From contig CAVKLS010000001.1 of the NCBI GenBank assembly GCA_963657025.1, forward strand, positions 2,529 through 33,090: DNA of 30,562 bases, given 5' to 3'. The position numbers and the translations under genes are program-made. The stretch is from a bacterium. Lineage in GTDB: Bacteria > Bacillota > Clostridia > Oscillospirales > Acutalibacteraceae. Positions 14,940 to 24,700 of the stretch are shown one piece after another. Within the stretch, counting starts at the first letter, position 1, and every line of letters begins with the position of its first letter. The notes under the pieces were generated by a model. It saw only the letters and a program-made list of their open reading frames with translations. It did not search any database and was not told where the DNA came from.

Positions 14940-15076
14940 AAAGTTAATATGTGATATATTATATAGCAGCATGTTTACCTCATGTTTGTTTTGGGCGGGT
15001 TTCGCACTCGTTCGTTGATTGTTTAGAGAAAGACACTTTTGTGTAGTAGTTATACAAGGGGTCTTTCTCTTTTTTT
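14940..15076 (+). ncRNA. Candidate ~135-nt trans-acting antisense sRNA
   Basis: Bounded by consensus promoter and terminator; no sense gene with RBS; 5' part complementary to 3941-3962; G:U-rich hairpin 14993-15013. Confidence 0.6.
15025..15076 (+). terminator. Intrinsic terminator upstream of portal
   Basis: AGAGAAAGAC...GTCTTTCTCT stem with inner pairing, followed by TTTTTT. Confidence 0.8.
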
Positions 15077-15101
15077 ATGTGAAAGAAAGGGAGTGAGTGA
15101 A

Positions 15102-16547
15102 ATGGGCAATCAGATTGATGATACAAAAGGGCTTGAAAATACAAGGTTTATGCACGGCAGACGGATTATTAAGTCAAGTGAGAAGGAAATCACCGATGAG
15201 AACATAATGAGAGTGCTGTGGAAAGCTTTAGAAACTCACTACCTCAACCGAGGCGAGATTGATTATCTTTACAAATACTATCGAGGAGACCAGCCGATAG
15301 TACACAGGACAAAGGAAATTCGTTCTGAGATATGCAATAAGATAGTTGAAAACAGAGCAAATGAGATTGTTTCTTTCAAGGTGGGTTATCTCTGCGGAGA
15401 GCCGATACAGTATGTGAGCCGAAACGGAGACGAAAACACCGTAGCAGAGGTTAATCTTCTCAACGAGTACATGTTTGCAGAGGATAAATCAGCGCAAGAC
15501 CAGAGCATAGTCGAGTGGCAGATGATTTGCGGCACGGCGTACAGACTTGTACTTCCTGACCCGATAGGGGAAGAAGACGAAGCACCTTTTGAGATGTACA
15601 CGCTTGACCCACGAGATACATTCGTTGTTTACTCGAATGAAATCGGCAATAAGCCGCTTATGGCGGTAAAGTATGCAATGGATGACGACACAATCACACA
15701 TTATTCGGTGTACACGAAAGACAAGTACTATCTTATCAGCAATGATTTGATGATAGAGTCAAGACCGCACGCACTCGGGATGATACCGATAATCGAGTAT
15801 CCCGCAAATAACGCAAGGCTTGGTTCATTTGAGATTGTAATGCCGCTCTTGGATGCGATTAACAATGTCGAGAGTAACAGAATGGACGGTATCGAGCAGT
15901 TCGTTCAAGCGTATTGGAAGTTCGTTGGATGTGATATCGATATGGACAAGTTCAACGAGTTTAAGGAAGCGGGCGCAATTCTCGTTCCGCCGTCAACAAG
16001 CGGCGGCAATGTGGATGTAGACCTTATTGTTAAGGAGCTCAATCAGTCTCAGTCGCAGACCTACAAGGACGATTTGTACAGTGCAGTTTTGACAATCTGC
16101 GGAATGCCGAACAGAAACGGCGGGTCCTCAACGAGTGACACAGGTTCGGCGGTTTTACTGCGAGACGGATGGTCGGATGCCGAAGCGAGAGCGAAGGACA
16201 GCGAAAATGTTTTCAAGCGTGCCGAAAAGCAGATGTTGAAGCTTGTACTCAAAATATGCCGAGAGCTTGGCGATAGCACATTAAAGCTCAGCGACATTGA
16301 TATGAAGTTCACACGCCGCAACTATGAAGCAATTCAGAGCAAGTCACAGGTTCTTATTTCAATGCTGCAAGAGCCGAAGATACACCCACAGCTTGCGTTC
16401 CAACACAGCGGTATGTTCTCGGATGCCGAGAGTGCTTACTCAATGAGTATGAAGTACTACGAAGAGCAGAAAGACAACTGGAGACCGATAAGTCTTGAGG
16501 AAGAGGTAGAGAATGTCGACGAAAAGGCAGATGTACAGCAGAGCTGA
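15102..16547 (+). CDS. Portal protein, SPP1 gp6-like
   Basis: YYRGDQPI...NKIVENRANEIV...GYLCGEPI, IPIIEY; position after terL; AAGGGAG RBS favours ATG 15102. Confidence 0.92.
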   Translation: MGNQIDDTKGLENTRFMHGRRIIKSSEKEITDENIMRVLWKALETHYLNRGEIDYLYKYYRGDQPIVHRTKEIRSEICNKIVENRANEIVSFKVGYLCGEPIQYVSRNGDENTVAEVNLLNEYMFAEDKSAQDQSIVEWQMICGTAYRLVLPDPIGEEDEAPFEMYTLDPRDTFVVYSNEIGNKPLMAVKYAMDDDTITHYSVYTKDKYYLISNDLMIESRPHALGMIPIIEYPANNARLGSFEIVMPLLDAINNVESNRMDGIEQFVQAYWKFVGCDIDMDKFNEFKEAGAILVPPSTSGGNVDVDLIVKELNQSQSQTYKDDLYSAVLTICGMPNRNGGSSTSDTGSAVLLRDGWSDAEARAKDSENVFKRAEKQMLKLVLKICRELGDSTLKLSDIDMKFTRRNYEAIQSKSQVLISMLQEPKIHPQLAFQHSGMFSDAESAYSMSMKYYEEQKDNWRPISLEEEVENVDEKADVQQS

Positions 16548-17301
16548 TGAGCTGATAGTTTACCTTAAGAAATATGTCAAAAACGAATTTAATCAAATGG
16601 GGAATGTCGGATTTGACGAATTAAATGTACTCAATGCGAAAACAAAGGTCGAAACGCTGTACACAAGACTTCAAAACGAGAACTTGAAGATTTACAAAGA
16701 CGCCGCTCAGAGTGCGGAAAAATTCGCACTAATGCTTATCGAATTGATGAAACAGGGATATCCTGAGTCTTCACTCGACGGGCTTGTAGGATTAACCACG
16801 CTTGCACTGAGCCGAAGAATTAAGAAAAGCACAATAGACACGGCAGATGTCGAAGAGTATATCAAAAAGAACGCAAAGAGCGTGAAAGCGGACGGCAAAA
16901 GCGGTATCGGTTCGGATAAATGGGTTAAGCATTATTTAGGCTTATACAACAAAACAACGGGCTATCTTTACGAGTCGGAAGCAGACCGAAAGAGAATGAG
17001 ATACACCGAGCAGATACTCACAGCTAAAGAGTACTCAGACCGCAAGATGTACAATGACAGCACAAATAAAAGTGCTTCACTGTGGTACTTGCAATCAGAG
17101 CAGTATCTGATAGGTGCAGTTGATGAAGCAACAATTGATACCTACAAAGCAAACGGAGTTAAAGAGGTTATGTGGCTAACCGAGATGGACGACAGAGTTT
17201 GCAAGAGCTGCAACGAATTGCACGGCAAAGTTTATAAAATCGGCAATGTACCGCCGAAGCCACATATACGATGCAGATGTTACCTTATACCGATAGGGTA
17301 A
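16513..17301 (+). CDS. Minor head protein (SPP1 gp7 / Mu F-like)
   Basis: WLTEMDDRVCKSCNELHGK...PPKPHIRCRC. Confidence 0.88.
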   Translation: MSTKRQMYSRADELIVYLKKYVKNEFNQMGNVGFDELNVLNAKTKVETLYTRLQNENLKIYKDAAQSAEKFALMLIELMKQGYPESSLDGLVGLTTLALSRRIKKSTIDTADVEEYIKKNAKSVKADGKSGIGSDKWVKHYLGLYNKTTGYLYESEADRKRMRYTEQILTAKEYSDRKMYNDSTNKSASLWYLQSEQYLIGAVDEATIDTYKANGVKEVMWLTEMDDRVCKSCNELHGKVYKIGNVPPKPHIRCRCYLIPIG

Positions 17302-17311
17302 TTGAGATATA

Positions 17312-17394
17312 GGTCAGAGAAGACCGTAAAACGCAGACAACAGACAGAGAAGTCTAAAATCGCAAACAAAGTCACAGAAGACACTAAAAGACAA
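17312..17394 (+). promoter_or_regulatory. Three tandem mini-hairpins with A(G/C)AGAA loops in scaffold leader
   Basis: GGTC-AGAGAA-GACC, AGAC-AGAGAA-GTCT, GTC-ACAGAA-GAC at ~29-nt period. Confidence 0.6.
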
Positions 17395-17406
17395 GGAGAA
17401 ACTCAG

Positions 17407-18000
17407 ATGAAAATTGACATTTCAAAAATCAAAGGTTATAGGGATATGACCGATGAGGAGAAGATAAAAGCACTCGAAGCATACGAAACAGAGGTTGATT
17501 ATTCAGGATATGTTCGTAAAGAAGTGTTTGACAAGACAGCTTCCGAGTTGGCGGCAAAGAAGAAAGAGCTTAACGAGAAGTTATCTGAAGACGAAAAGGC
17601 AAAGCAGAAAGAGAAAGAAGAGCTTGAAAATCTTCAGACAGCGTACGAGAAACTTCTCAGAGAGAGCGAAGTCTCTAAGTATAAGGCTAATTTCCTCGGT
17701 ATGGGTTATGAGGACAAGCTGGCAGAGGCAACCGCCGTAGCAATGGTGGACGGAGACACCGAAGCAGTGTTTGCCAATCAGAAGAAGCACCTTGAAAATG
17801 TCAAGAAGAGTATGAGGGCAGAGCTCCTAAAAGATACACCAAAACCCACAGGGGACGGAGACTCAAAGACAATGACGCTTGATAAGTTTAGAAAGCTCTC
17901 ACCACTCGAGCGTGAAAGTTGGTCGAGAAAGAACCCTGAGGAATATAAAACACTTTACACAGAGAAAAATACAGACAAAGGAGAAATGAATAATGGCTAA
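17407..18000 (+). CDS. Capsid scaffold protein
   Basis: Charged coiled-coil, directly before major capsid; AAGGAG RBS supports ATG 17407. Confidence 0.8.
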   Translation: MKIDISKIKGYRDMTDEEKIKALEAYETEVDYSGYVRKEVFDKTASELAAKKKELNEKLSEDEKAKQKEKEELENLQTAYEKLLRESEVSKYKANFLGMGYEDKLAEATAVAMVDGDTEAVFANQKKHLENVKKSMRAELLKDTPKPTGDGDSKTMTLDKFRKLSPLERESWSRKNPEEYKTLYTEKNTDKGEMNNG

Positions 18001-18793
18001 TAAGGTCTATGATAACTTTTATCTCTCAAATGAGATTGAAGACCAGTACAATTCACACCTTGATTTACAGAACTTTTGCACTGTTGATAACTCACTTGTG
18101 GGCACAGCGGGAATGATTCGCAAGATTAATGTTTACAAGGCAACAAACGGCACAGAGAAGCTTGACATGGGCGAGGGTAACACAAAGTCAATCGAGGTAT
18201 CTTACAGCCCTGAGGAGTACAAGATTCTTCTTGCACAGAACAGATTTAAGTACTATGACGAGCAGGATATGACAGACCCAATGCTTGTACCGGTCGGTGT
18301 AAGACACATGGGTACAGACATGTTCAATACTGTTAATGCTGATATCTTTGCAGAGTTCAATAAGGCAACTCAGACTGTATCCGTTACAAAGATTGATTTT
18401 GGCGCATTTGCAGACGCCGTAGCTACACTTAATATCGACGGCACAGATAATGAGCCTGAGTCCACAGCACCGCAGTGCTTTGCGTTTGTTTGCCCAGCGG
18501 ATATGGCAACACTCAGAAAGAGCCTTAACGAAGACCTCAAGTATGTTGAATCATTCGCAAGAACAGGCTATGTCGGCACAGTTGCGGGTGTAAACCTTTA
18601 CACAAAGAAGGACGCAGTGAGCGGTACAATCGTCGTTGCAACAAAGGATGCTGTTACACTCTTCAACAAGAAGGGCACAGAGGTTGAGCAGGAGAGAGAC
18701 GCAGATACCCGTGAGAACAGCATTTGGTCGAGAAAGTACTATATCGCCGCACTCACAGACGACACTAAGGCAGTAAAGATTGTAAAGTCTTAA
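17993..18793 (+). CDS. Major capsid protein
   Basis: Position, size (266 aa), VDNSLVGTAG and VEQERD motifs. Confidence 0.88.
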   Translation: MANKVYDNFYLSNEIEDQYNSHLDLQNFCTVDNSLVGTAGMIRKINVYKATNGTEKLDMGEGNTKSIEVSYSPEEYKILLAQNRFKYYDEQDMTDPMLVPVGVRHMGTDMFNTVNADIFAEFNKATQTVSVTKIDFGAFADAVATLNIDGTDNEPESTAPQCFAFVCPADMATLRKSLNEDLKYVESFARTGYVGTVAGVNLYTKKDAVSGTIVVATKDAVTLFNKKGTEVEQERDADTRENSIWSRKYYIAALTDDTKAVKIVKS

Positions 18794-18812
18794 GAGAATG
18801 TAGGAGGACAAC

Positions 18813-19130
18813 ATGACGGAAGATGAAAAGTTAATTACGCTTGAAGCAATGGTTGACGGTTCGGAAAGCACTGAAGTGTTGTCCGTATACTTAAAAATAG
18901 CGGGACGAAAGATAATTGCGAGAGCGTATCCGTACGATTCGAGCGTAACGGAAGTACCGACAAGGTACGATATGTTACAGTGTGAGATAGCCGCCTATCT
19001 TCTGAATAAAAGAGGAGCAGAGGGACAGACGAGTCACACAGAGAACGGTATCACACGAGCCTATGGCGGCGCAGATGTGCCCGAAGCAATGTTATCGGCA
19101 GTTGTTCCCAGAGTGGGGATGATGTCATGA
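18813..19130 (+). CDS. Head-tail connector (SPP1 gp15-like)
   Basis: NKRGAEGQTSHTENG motif; position. Confidence 0.8.
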   Translation: MTEDEKLITLEAMVDGSESTEVLSVYLKIAGRKIIARAYPYDSSVTEVPTRYDMLQCEIAAYLLNKRGAEGQTSHTENGITRAYGGADVPEAMLSAVVPRVGMMS

Positions 19131-19519
19131 GAACATTGAAGCGAAACAGAGTTAAGTGTTATTACTCTTGCTATGAGGGTGAGAAGCTTGTGACCAATGC
19201 CGAGGGATATTATACGGGAGAAAAGGAACTCACATATTCTAAGCCCGTTATGCTTATGGCTAATATCTCACAGGCGACAGGTTTATCGTCAACAGAGCAG
19301 TTCGGCGGCAATTTGGATTATGACAAGTCTATAGTGCTTGACAGATGTCCTAAAGGCTTTGACGAGTACAGCAGACTATGGATAGATACAATGCCGACGC
19401 TTAACAAAGACGGAACAACGGACACGCCCCACGATTATACTGTAAAGCGAATAGCGAGAAGCTTAAACAGCATATCGATAGCCGTAGCAAAGGTGAATAT
19501 TCAGAATGAAAGAAATTGA
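19127..19519 (+). CDS. Putative head-closure protein
   Basis: Position and size in neck module; ATGA overlap. Confidence 0.6.
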   Translation: MRTLKRNRVKCYYSCYEGEKLVTNAEGYYTGEKELTYSKPVMLMANISQATGLSSTEQFGGNLDYDKSIVLDRCPKGFDEYSRLWIDTMPTLNKDGTTDTPHDYTVKRIARSLNSISIAVAKVNIQNERN

Positions 19520-20030
19520 AATCACACTCGATACGAAGTCGATAACAGAAGCAATCAAAGAGATAGAACGCTATAAGCAGTCACTTGACACGAAATCGGA
19601 GAAATTGAGAGTCAGAATAGCGGAGCTTGTAAAAGAGAAAGCACAGAGCGGTTTTGACGGTTCTGTAGTCAGTGTGAATAAATATACAGGAGACGGATAC
19701 ACTTCTGATATTGAAGTCACTTGGGAAGACGAGGACGAAAAATCCGTGCTTGTAGTGGCAAGAGGTGACGAAGTAGCTTTTATCGAGTTTGGCGCAGGTA
19801 TTCACTTCAATGGGACGGGTTCGCCGCACCCTGACGGTGAGAGACTGGGGCTTACAATCGGTTCTTACGGCGAGGGCAAGGGCAATCGAGATTTTTGGGT
19901 ATACTACAACGGCGAAGACAAAAAGGAATATACATACGGTACACAATCAACAATGCCGCTTTACAGAGCGTTGTGTGATGTGGCAGACGATATAGTGGCG
20001 ATAGCAAGGGAGGTGTTCGGCAGTGATTGA
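19506..20030 (+). CDS. Putative neck/tail-completion protein (HK97 gp10-like)
   Basis: AFIEFGAG motif; position. Confidence 0.65.
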   Translation: MKEIEITLDTKSITEAIKEIERYKQSLDTKSEKLRVRIAELVKEKAQSGFDGSVVSVNKYTGDGYTSDIEVTWEDEDEKSVLVVARGDEVAFIEFGAGIHFNGTGSPHPDGERLGLTIGSYGEGKGNRDFWVYYNGEDKKEYTYGTQSTMPLYRALCDVADDIVAIAREVFGSD

Positions 20031-20421
20031 CTTAGAAGCAAAGATTTTTACAGGCTGTTATGAAGCAATCAACAAAGAATATCCGAATTGTGATGTCACG
20101 AGTGAATATGTGAGTTCTCCGAGCAAAATGCCGCACGTCAGCATAGTTGAGAAAGACAATGCAGTGTGGAGAAACACTTCGGACGAGATTACAGAAAATC
20201 ACGTAACACTCACTTATGAAGTCAATGTGTATTCCAACAAAACAACGGGAAAGAAAACTGAAGCAAAGGCGATATTCGCAGTCGCTGATAAAGCTTTGGA
20301 AGAAATGGGACTCAGAAGAACATCACTGAACGAGTCACCGAATTTATACGACACGTCAATATACAGGCTAACGGCACGGTACAGGTGCGTAGCCGACAAC
20401 GATTATGTTTACAGGAGGTAA
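20023..20421 (+). CDS. Putative tail terminator protein
   Basis: MPHVSIVE, YEVNVYSNK motifs; immediately before tail tube gene. Confidence 0.7.
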   Translation: MIDLEAKIFTGCYEAINKEYPNCDVTSEYVSSPSKMPHVSIVEKDNAVWRNTSDEITENHVTLTYEVNVYSNKTTGKKTEAKAIFAVADKALEEMGLRRTSLNESPNLYDTSIYRLTARYRCVADNDYVYRR

Positions 20422-20427
20422 ATCATT

Positions 20428-20958
20428 ATGGGTAAGGGAATGAACTCATATTCAACACAGCTTGCTTATGCAGATGTTACAGGTAAGGCACTCGATCCAA
20501 CTGATTTTAAGAGAGTTATCCGTATCAAGGACTACGGTGACCTTATGGGCGCACCTGAAAGCCTTGAGACAACAGACCTTGAGGATGCAATGACCACCAA
20601 CACACAGGGTATCAAGCAGTCCGATGCACTCGAGTTTACATACAACTACACTAAGGCGAATTACACCGCCGCAAAGAAGCTTGAGGACGGCAAGGAGCAC
20701 GCTTTTGCGCTTCACTTTAACGGCACATTTGCAAGCACCGCCGCAGATGCAGCAGTAACGGCAGAGGGTTCTGACGGAGTGTTCTACTTCTTAGGAACTC
20801 TTTCAGTCGGTATCTCAGGGGCAGGAGTAAACGAGGTTCGAGAGGGCACAATCACTATTTCACAGTCAACCGAGGTGTATGGATGTGACCCTGTTACAAC
20901 AGAGGGCACAGGTGCGCTTGGCGCGCTTAACGCTGCGCAGGGCTGGTCTAAGGGCTAA
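20428..20958 (+). CDS. Major tail tube protein
   Basis: DLMGAPESLETTDL...GIK...LEFTYNY; AGGAGGT RBS; position. Confidence 0.85.
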   Translation: MGKGMNSYSTQLAYADVTGKALDPTDFKRVIRIKDYGDLMGAPESLETTDLEDAMTTNTQGIKQSDALEFTYNYTKANYTAAKKLEDGKEHAFALHFNGTFASTAADAAVTAEGSDGVFYFLGTLSVGISGAGVNEVREGTITISQSTEVYGCDPVTTEGTGALGALNAAQGWSKG

Positions 20959-20999
20959 AAATTAATAAAAGTTGCTTATCAATAAGGAGGAATAAGGAT

Positions 21000-21329
21000 A
21001 TGGCAAAGACACTTGGATTTACATATAAGGGAGTAGATTATACTCTCGAGTTCACAAGAAAGACCGTAGCGAGAATGGAGCAGGACGGTTTTGCAATCTC
21101 CGATATCGGAGAGAAGCCTATGACACTTTTACCCGAGTTATTCGCTGGTGCATTCAAGGCTAATCACCCGTTTATTCGCAAGGAGCTTGTAGACGAGATT
21201 TTCGGCAAGTTTACAAACAAGTCGGAGCTCATCGCAAAGCTTGCTGAGATGTATAACGAGCCGATAGCGGCACTTGTGGAAGAGCCTGAGGACGACGAGG
21301 GAAACATAGCTTGGACTCTGAATTGGTAA
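21000..21329 (+). CDS. Tail assembly chaperone (lambda gpG-like)
   Basis: Between tail tube and tape measure; slippery G GGA AAC at 21299-21305. Confidence 0.82.
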   Translation: MAKTLGFTYKGVDYTLEFTRKTVARMEQDGFAISDIGEKPMTLLPELFAGAFKANHPFIRKELVDEIFGKFTNKSELIAKLAEMYNEPIAALVEEPEDDEGNIAWTLNW

Positions 21330-21784
21330 GCGACTCAGACAATCCGAAAGAAGAGAAGGGGGAAGACGAGTCTAATATTGATTCATCTTCCCTTTTAGCT
21401 TACACAAACACGTTTAACAAAAGTTTTCCGTACTATCTTTCAATCGGAATGAGTTATGAAGAATACTGGGAGAAGGACGCCGATTTGGTGATAGCTTATC
21501 GCAGAGCGGACGAATATAGGAGAGAAAGAAAAAATCAGGAATTATGGTTGCAAGGCTTGTATGTTTATACGGCAATGGCTAATCTCTCTCCGATATTTCA
21601 CGATTTTGCGAAAAAGGGCACAAAAGCAGAGCCTTATCCCGATAAGCCGTATCCGATAACTCCGAAAGAAGCGAGAGAAGAAAAAGAGAGAAAAGAACGG
21701 GAAAGATTTAACAGACTTATGTCTTATATGAAGGGAAAACAGGGGATAAAAACAGAAGAGGAGGTGACGGAAGATGTCGATTAA
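21311..21784 (+). CDS. Tail assembly chaperone extension (gpT-like), probably made as a -1 frameshift fusion
   Basis: Lies in the -1 frame relative to 21000..21329 and is open from the slippery site; YLSIGMSYEEYW motif. Confidence 0.78.
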   Translation: MDSELVSDSDNPKEEKGEDESNIDSSSLLAYTNTFNKSFPYYLSIGMSYEEYWEKDADLVIAYRRADEYRRERKNQELWLQGLYVYTAMANLSPIFHDFAKKGTKAEPYPDKPYPITPKEAREEKERKERERFNRLMSYMKGKQGIKTEEEVTEDVD

Positions 21785-24700
21785 CATTGATGAATTAAGC
21801 GTAAAGATATCATCGGATGCCGACAAAGCTTCAAGTGGGCTTGACAGCTTGGTGGGTTCTCTTGAAAAGCTAAAAAGCGGAGTAAACGGCGTTCGGAAAT
21901 TAAGCAACACGGCTAAGCAGATTGAGGCAATCGCAACGGCTGTTAATAAAATAAGCGGTGGCACAGGAGCAAAGATAACCGAACTTGCAAACGGATTGAA
22001 AGCATTATCGAGCGTGGGAAGCATCGGGAACATTTCTTCAAGCCTCAATAAGATAGCAGATGCCGTAGGCACTTTGGAAAATAAAGATGTGTCTTCCTTA
22101 ACGAGACTTAGCACAAGCTTGCAGTCACTCAGCGGTTTGTCACTTCCTAATCTGTCTTCTGTCGGAAATGGTTTAAAGAGCATTCAGACAGCGGTTGACT
22201 CACTCGGCACGGCATCGGACAGCAAGCTTGAGCAGACCTCAAATGCTATCAAGAAGATAGCCGAAGCTTCAAAGTCATTCTCAGGAATATCAAGCAGCGG
22301 TTTTTCTTCCGTAGCGAGAACTTTAAAGTCAATTCCTGAATTAACAAGCAATCTGAACGACGATAATGTAAATGCATTTGCCGACGCTTGCAAGAGAGTA
22401 GCGGATGCCGTTAGCCCTTTGACAAGCAAATTAAACTCAGTGTCTCCTGCCGTGGCGACATTGATGTTAAAGCTATCGAGTGCTACCAACACGGAGAACA
22501 CGACAACGAGAGCAACCAATCTGTTAGAAGACGCTGTAGCGAGCCTTAAGGCAGAATTGCTTGCGATTGTCCCGGGCTTTGGAACGGTGCTATCCGTAGC
22601 TAAGACGATAACGGAAACATTCCAAAAGGTAATCAGGGCGGTTAAGAATGTTATCAATACTATCAAAAACATTTGGAATACCGTCAAGAATGTTTTCAAT
22701 AAGATAAAGGAAGTTATCGGCAAAATCGGTAGCGTAATCGGAAAGATAGGAAGCGTGTTCTATCAAGCGTTCGCCGGCATTGCGAGTGCAACAAAGACGG
22801 TTGTATCTACGATTTATGAAAAGGTTTCGAGTCTTTTTAAAGGTTTCGGAAGCACAAGCGGACTGATTACGAATTTCACCGATTTATATAACGCTGTTCA
22901 GTCTGTTTATTCGGTTGTCACAACGCTTCAATCCACTTTGGGCGGATTTGTCAACAAGTCAGCGGATTACGAAGAACTGCTTAACATGTACGCCGTTGCA
23001 ATGGGCAATGCCGCAGAAGCTGGGGTTGAATATGCGCAGGTTATACAGGACGCACTCGGTATCAATGCAGCCGACTGGATGGAAAACGAAGCTATCTTCA
23101 TGAACATTGTTCACGGTTACGGTGTAGCGAGCGACAGAGCGGCGGTTATCTCACAGCAGTTAACGCAGATAGGCTATGATTTATCGTCCATTTGGAATGA
23201 AGATGTGTCCACGGCAATGGAGAAGCTGCAGTCGGGTATCGCTGGCGAAATCGAGCCGCTCAGACGCTGGGGTGTTGATTTATCACAGGCACGACTTGAA
23301 CAGGAAGCTTTGACTCTCGGAATTAACGAGTCTGTATCTTCAATGACACAGGCGGAGAAAGCACAGCTTAGATACATTGCTATCTTCAATCAGGTATCCG
23401 AACAGGGCGTACTGGGTGATATGGCTAAGACAATCAACTCGTCCGCTAACCAAATGAGAGTATTTGCGGCGCAGATAGAGCTTGTCGGTAGGTCAATCGG
23501 TAACGTGCTCATCCCTATAATCAATCAGGTTTTGCCGTATGTCACAGCACTTGTTAAAGCTATCAGAATGGTTGTCGATACAATAGCGGGATTTTTCGGA
23601 TACACATTGCCGACAGTCGGAGATTATTCCATAAGCTCATCCATTGGCGATACAATCGGAGACTTGACAGACGATACTCAGGGCTTGGCAGACGCAACAG
23701 GAAGTGCGGCAGAGAGTGCCGAAGAGTACAAGAACACAATTCTCGGAATTGACGAGCTCAATGTGCTTAATGACACTACAAGCAGTGGGTCAGGCGGAAG
23801 CGGAGGCGGTTCAAGCGGTAGCGGCGGTTCGGGCAGTGGTTGGGATTTTGATATTCCTACTTATGACTTCCTTGAAAAGCTGTTAGATGCGGGAACGGAC
23901 AACATTTTGAAAAACCTCACAAAGCTTGATGAATTTAACTGGGTAGGTCTCAGAACGAAAATTCACACGGCTATGGTCGCCATTGCTAAATCGTTCAACA
24001 AGGTCGTTGAGGAAGTGCCGTGGGAGACAATCGGCAACTTTGGAGCAGAAGCTTTTAACACCTTTAATCAGGCACTCAATACATTTTGGTACGAAACTAA
24101 CAAGCTTGGAAGCGACGGTTTGACAACCTGGCAGAGACTGGGAAGAAACATCTCAAAGGGCGTAAAGAAGTTTGTCAATGCTGTTGACTGGACAGCGGTC
24201 GGAATGCGTTTTAAATATAAAATGCACTCGGTTCTTGATATGTTGTCCGAAGCAGTTACAGAGTTTAGTAAAAAGGGCAGTAACGGTATAAGCGGATTTG
24301 AGGCGGTCGGTGTTGCAATCGCTGATTATCTTGAAGCAGCGTTTAGTTCCGATAAGCAAGGAAAGAGCATATTCAAGAAAGCGGCAACAGCTTTATCAAC
24401 TACGATTAAGGGTATAGCAGAATCAACCTATACTGCAATTAACGAGCTTAACAACAGTCTTGACCGCAACGGCAGAAACTGGTTTCAGAGAACAGGCGAA
24501 AGCCTCGGAGAAGCATTAGCAAGCGTTTTCAGCGACACACAGCTTTTCAGCAAGGCAACGAAAGCTCTTACAAGCCTAATCGGAGACGATAAAAACGGAC
24601 TTCTCGGCGGTATATCATCTGCGGTAAACGCAATGAGTAAGAAAGACAGCGTGACAGGCTTGAGCAGTTGGGAGGCACTCGGTCAGAATGTCGCAAAGGG

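Noticed and set aside
14847..14972. Minus-strand micro-ORF with GAGGT RBS (MLLYNISH...)
   Set aside because: Runs through the plus-strand promoter into terL; G:U pairs and U-tract favour a plus-strand RNA; no minus-strand promoter seen.
12343..14980. AGGTAAACATG / CATGTTTACCT as invertase sites around resolvase-terL
   Set aside because: Only 11 bp with no dyad structure; better explained by the sRNA seed, though not formally excluded.
13129..17406. Longer track starts for terL (13129), portal (15039) and scaffold (17302)
   Set aside because: They lack RBSs and run through terminators or leader hairpins; downstream ATGs have clear SD sequences.
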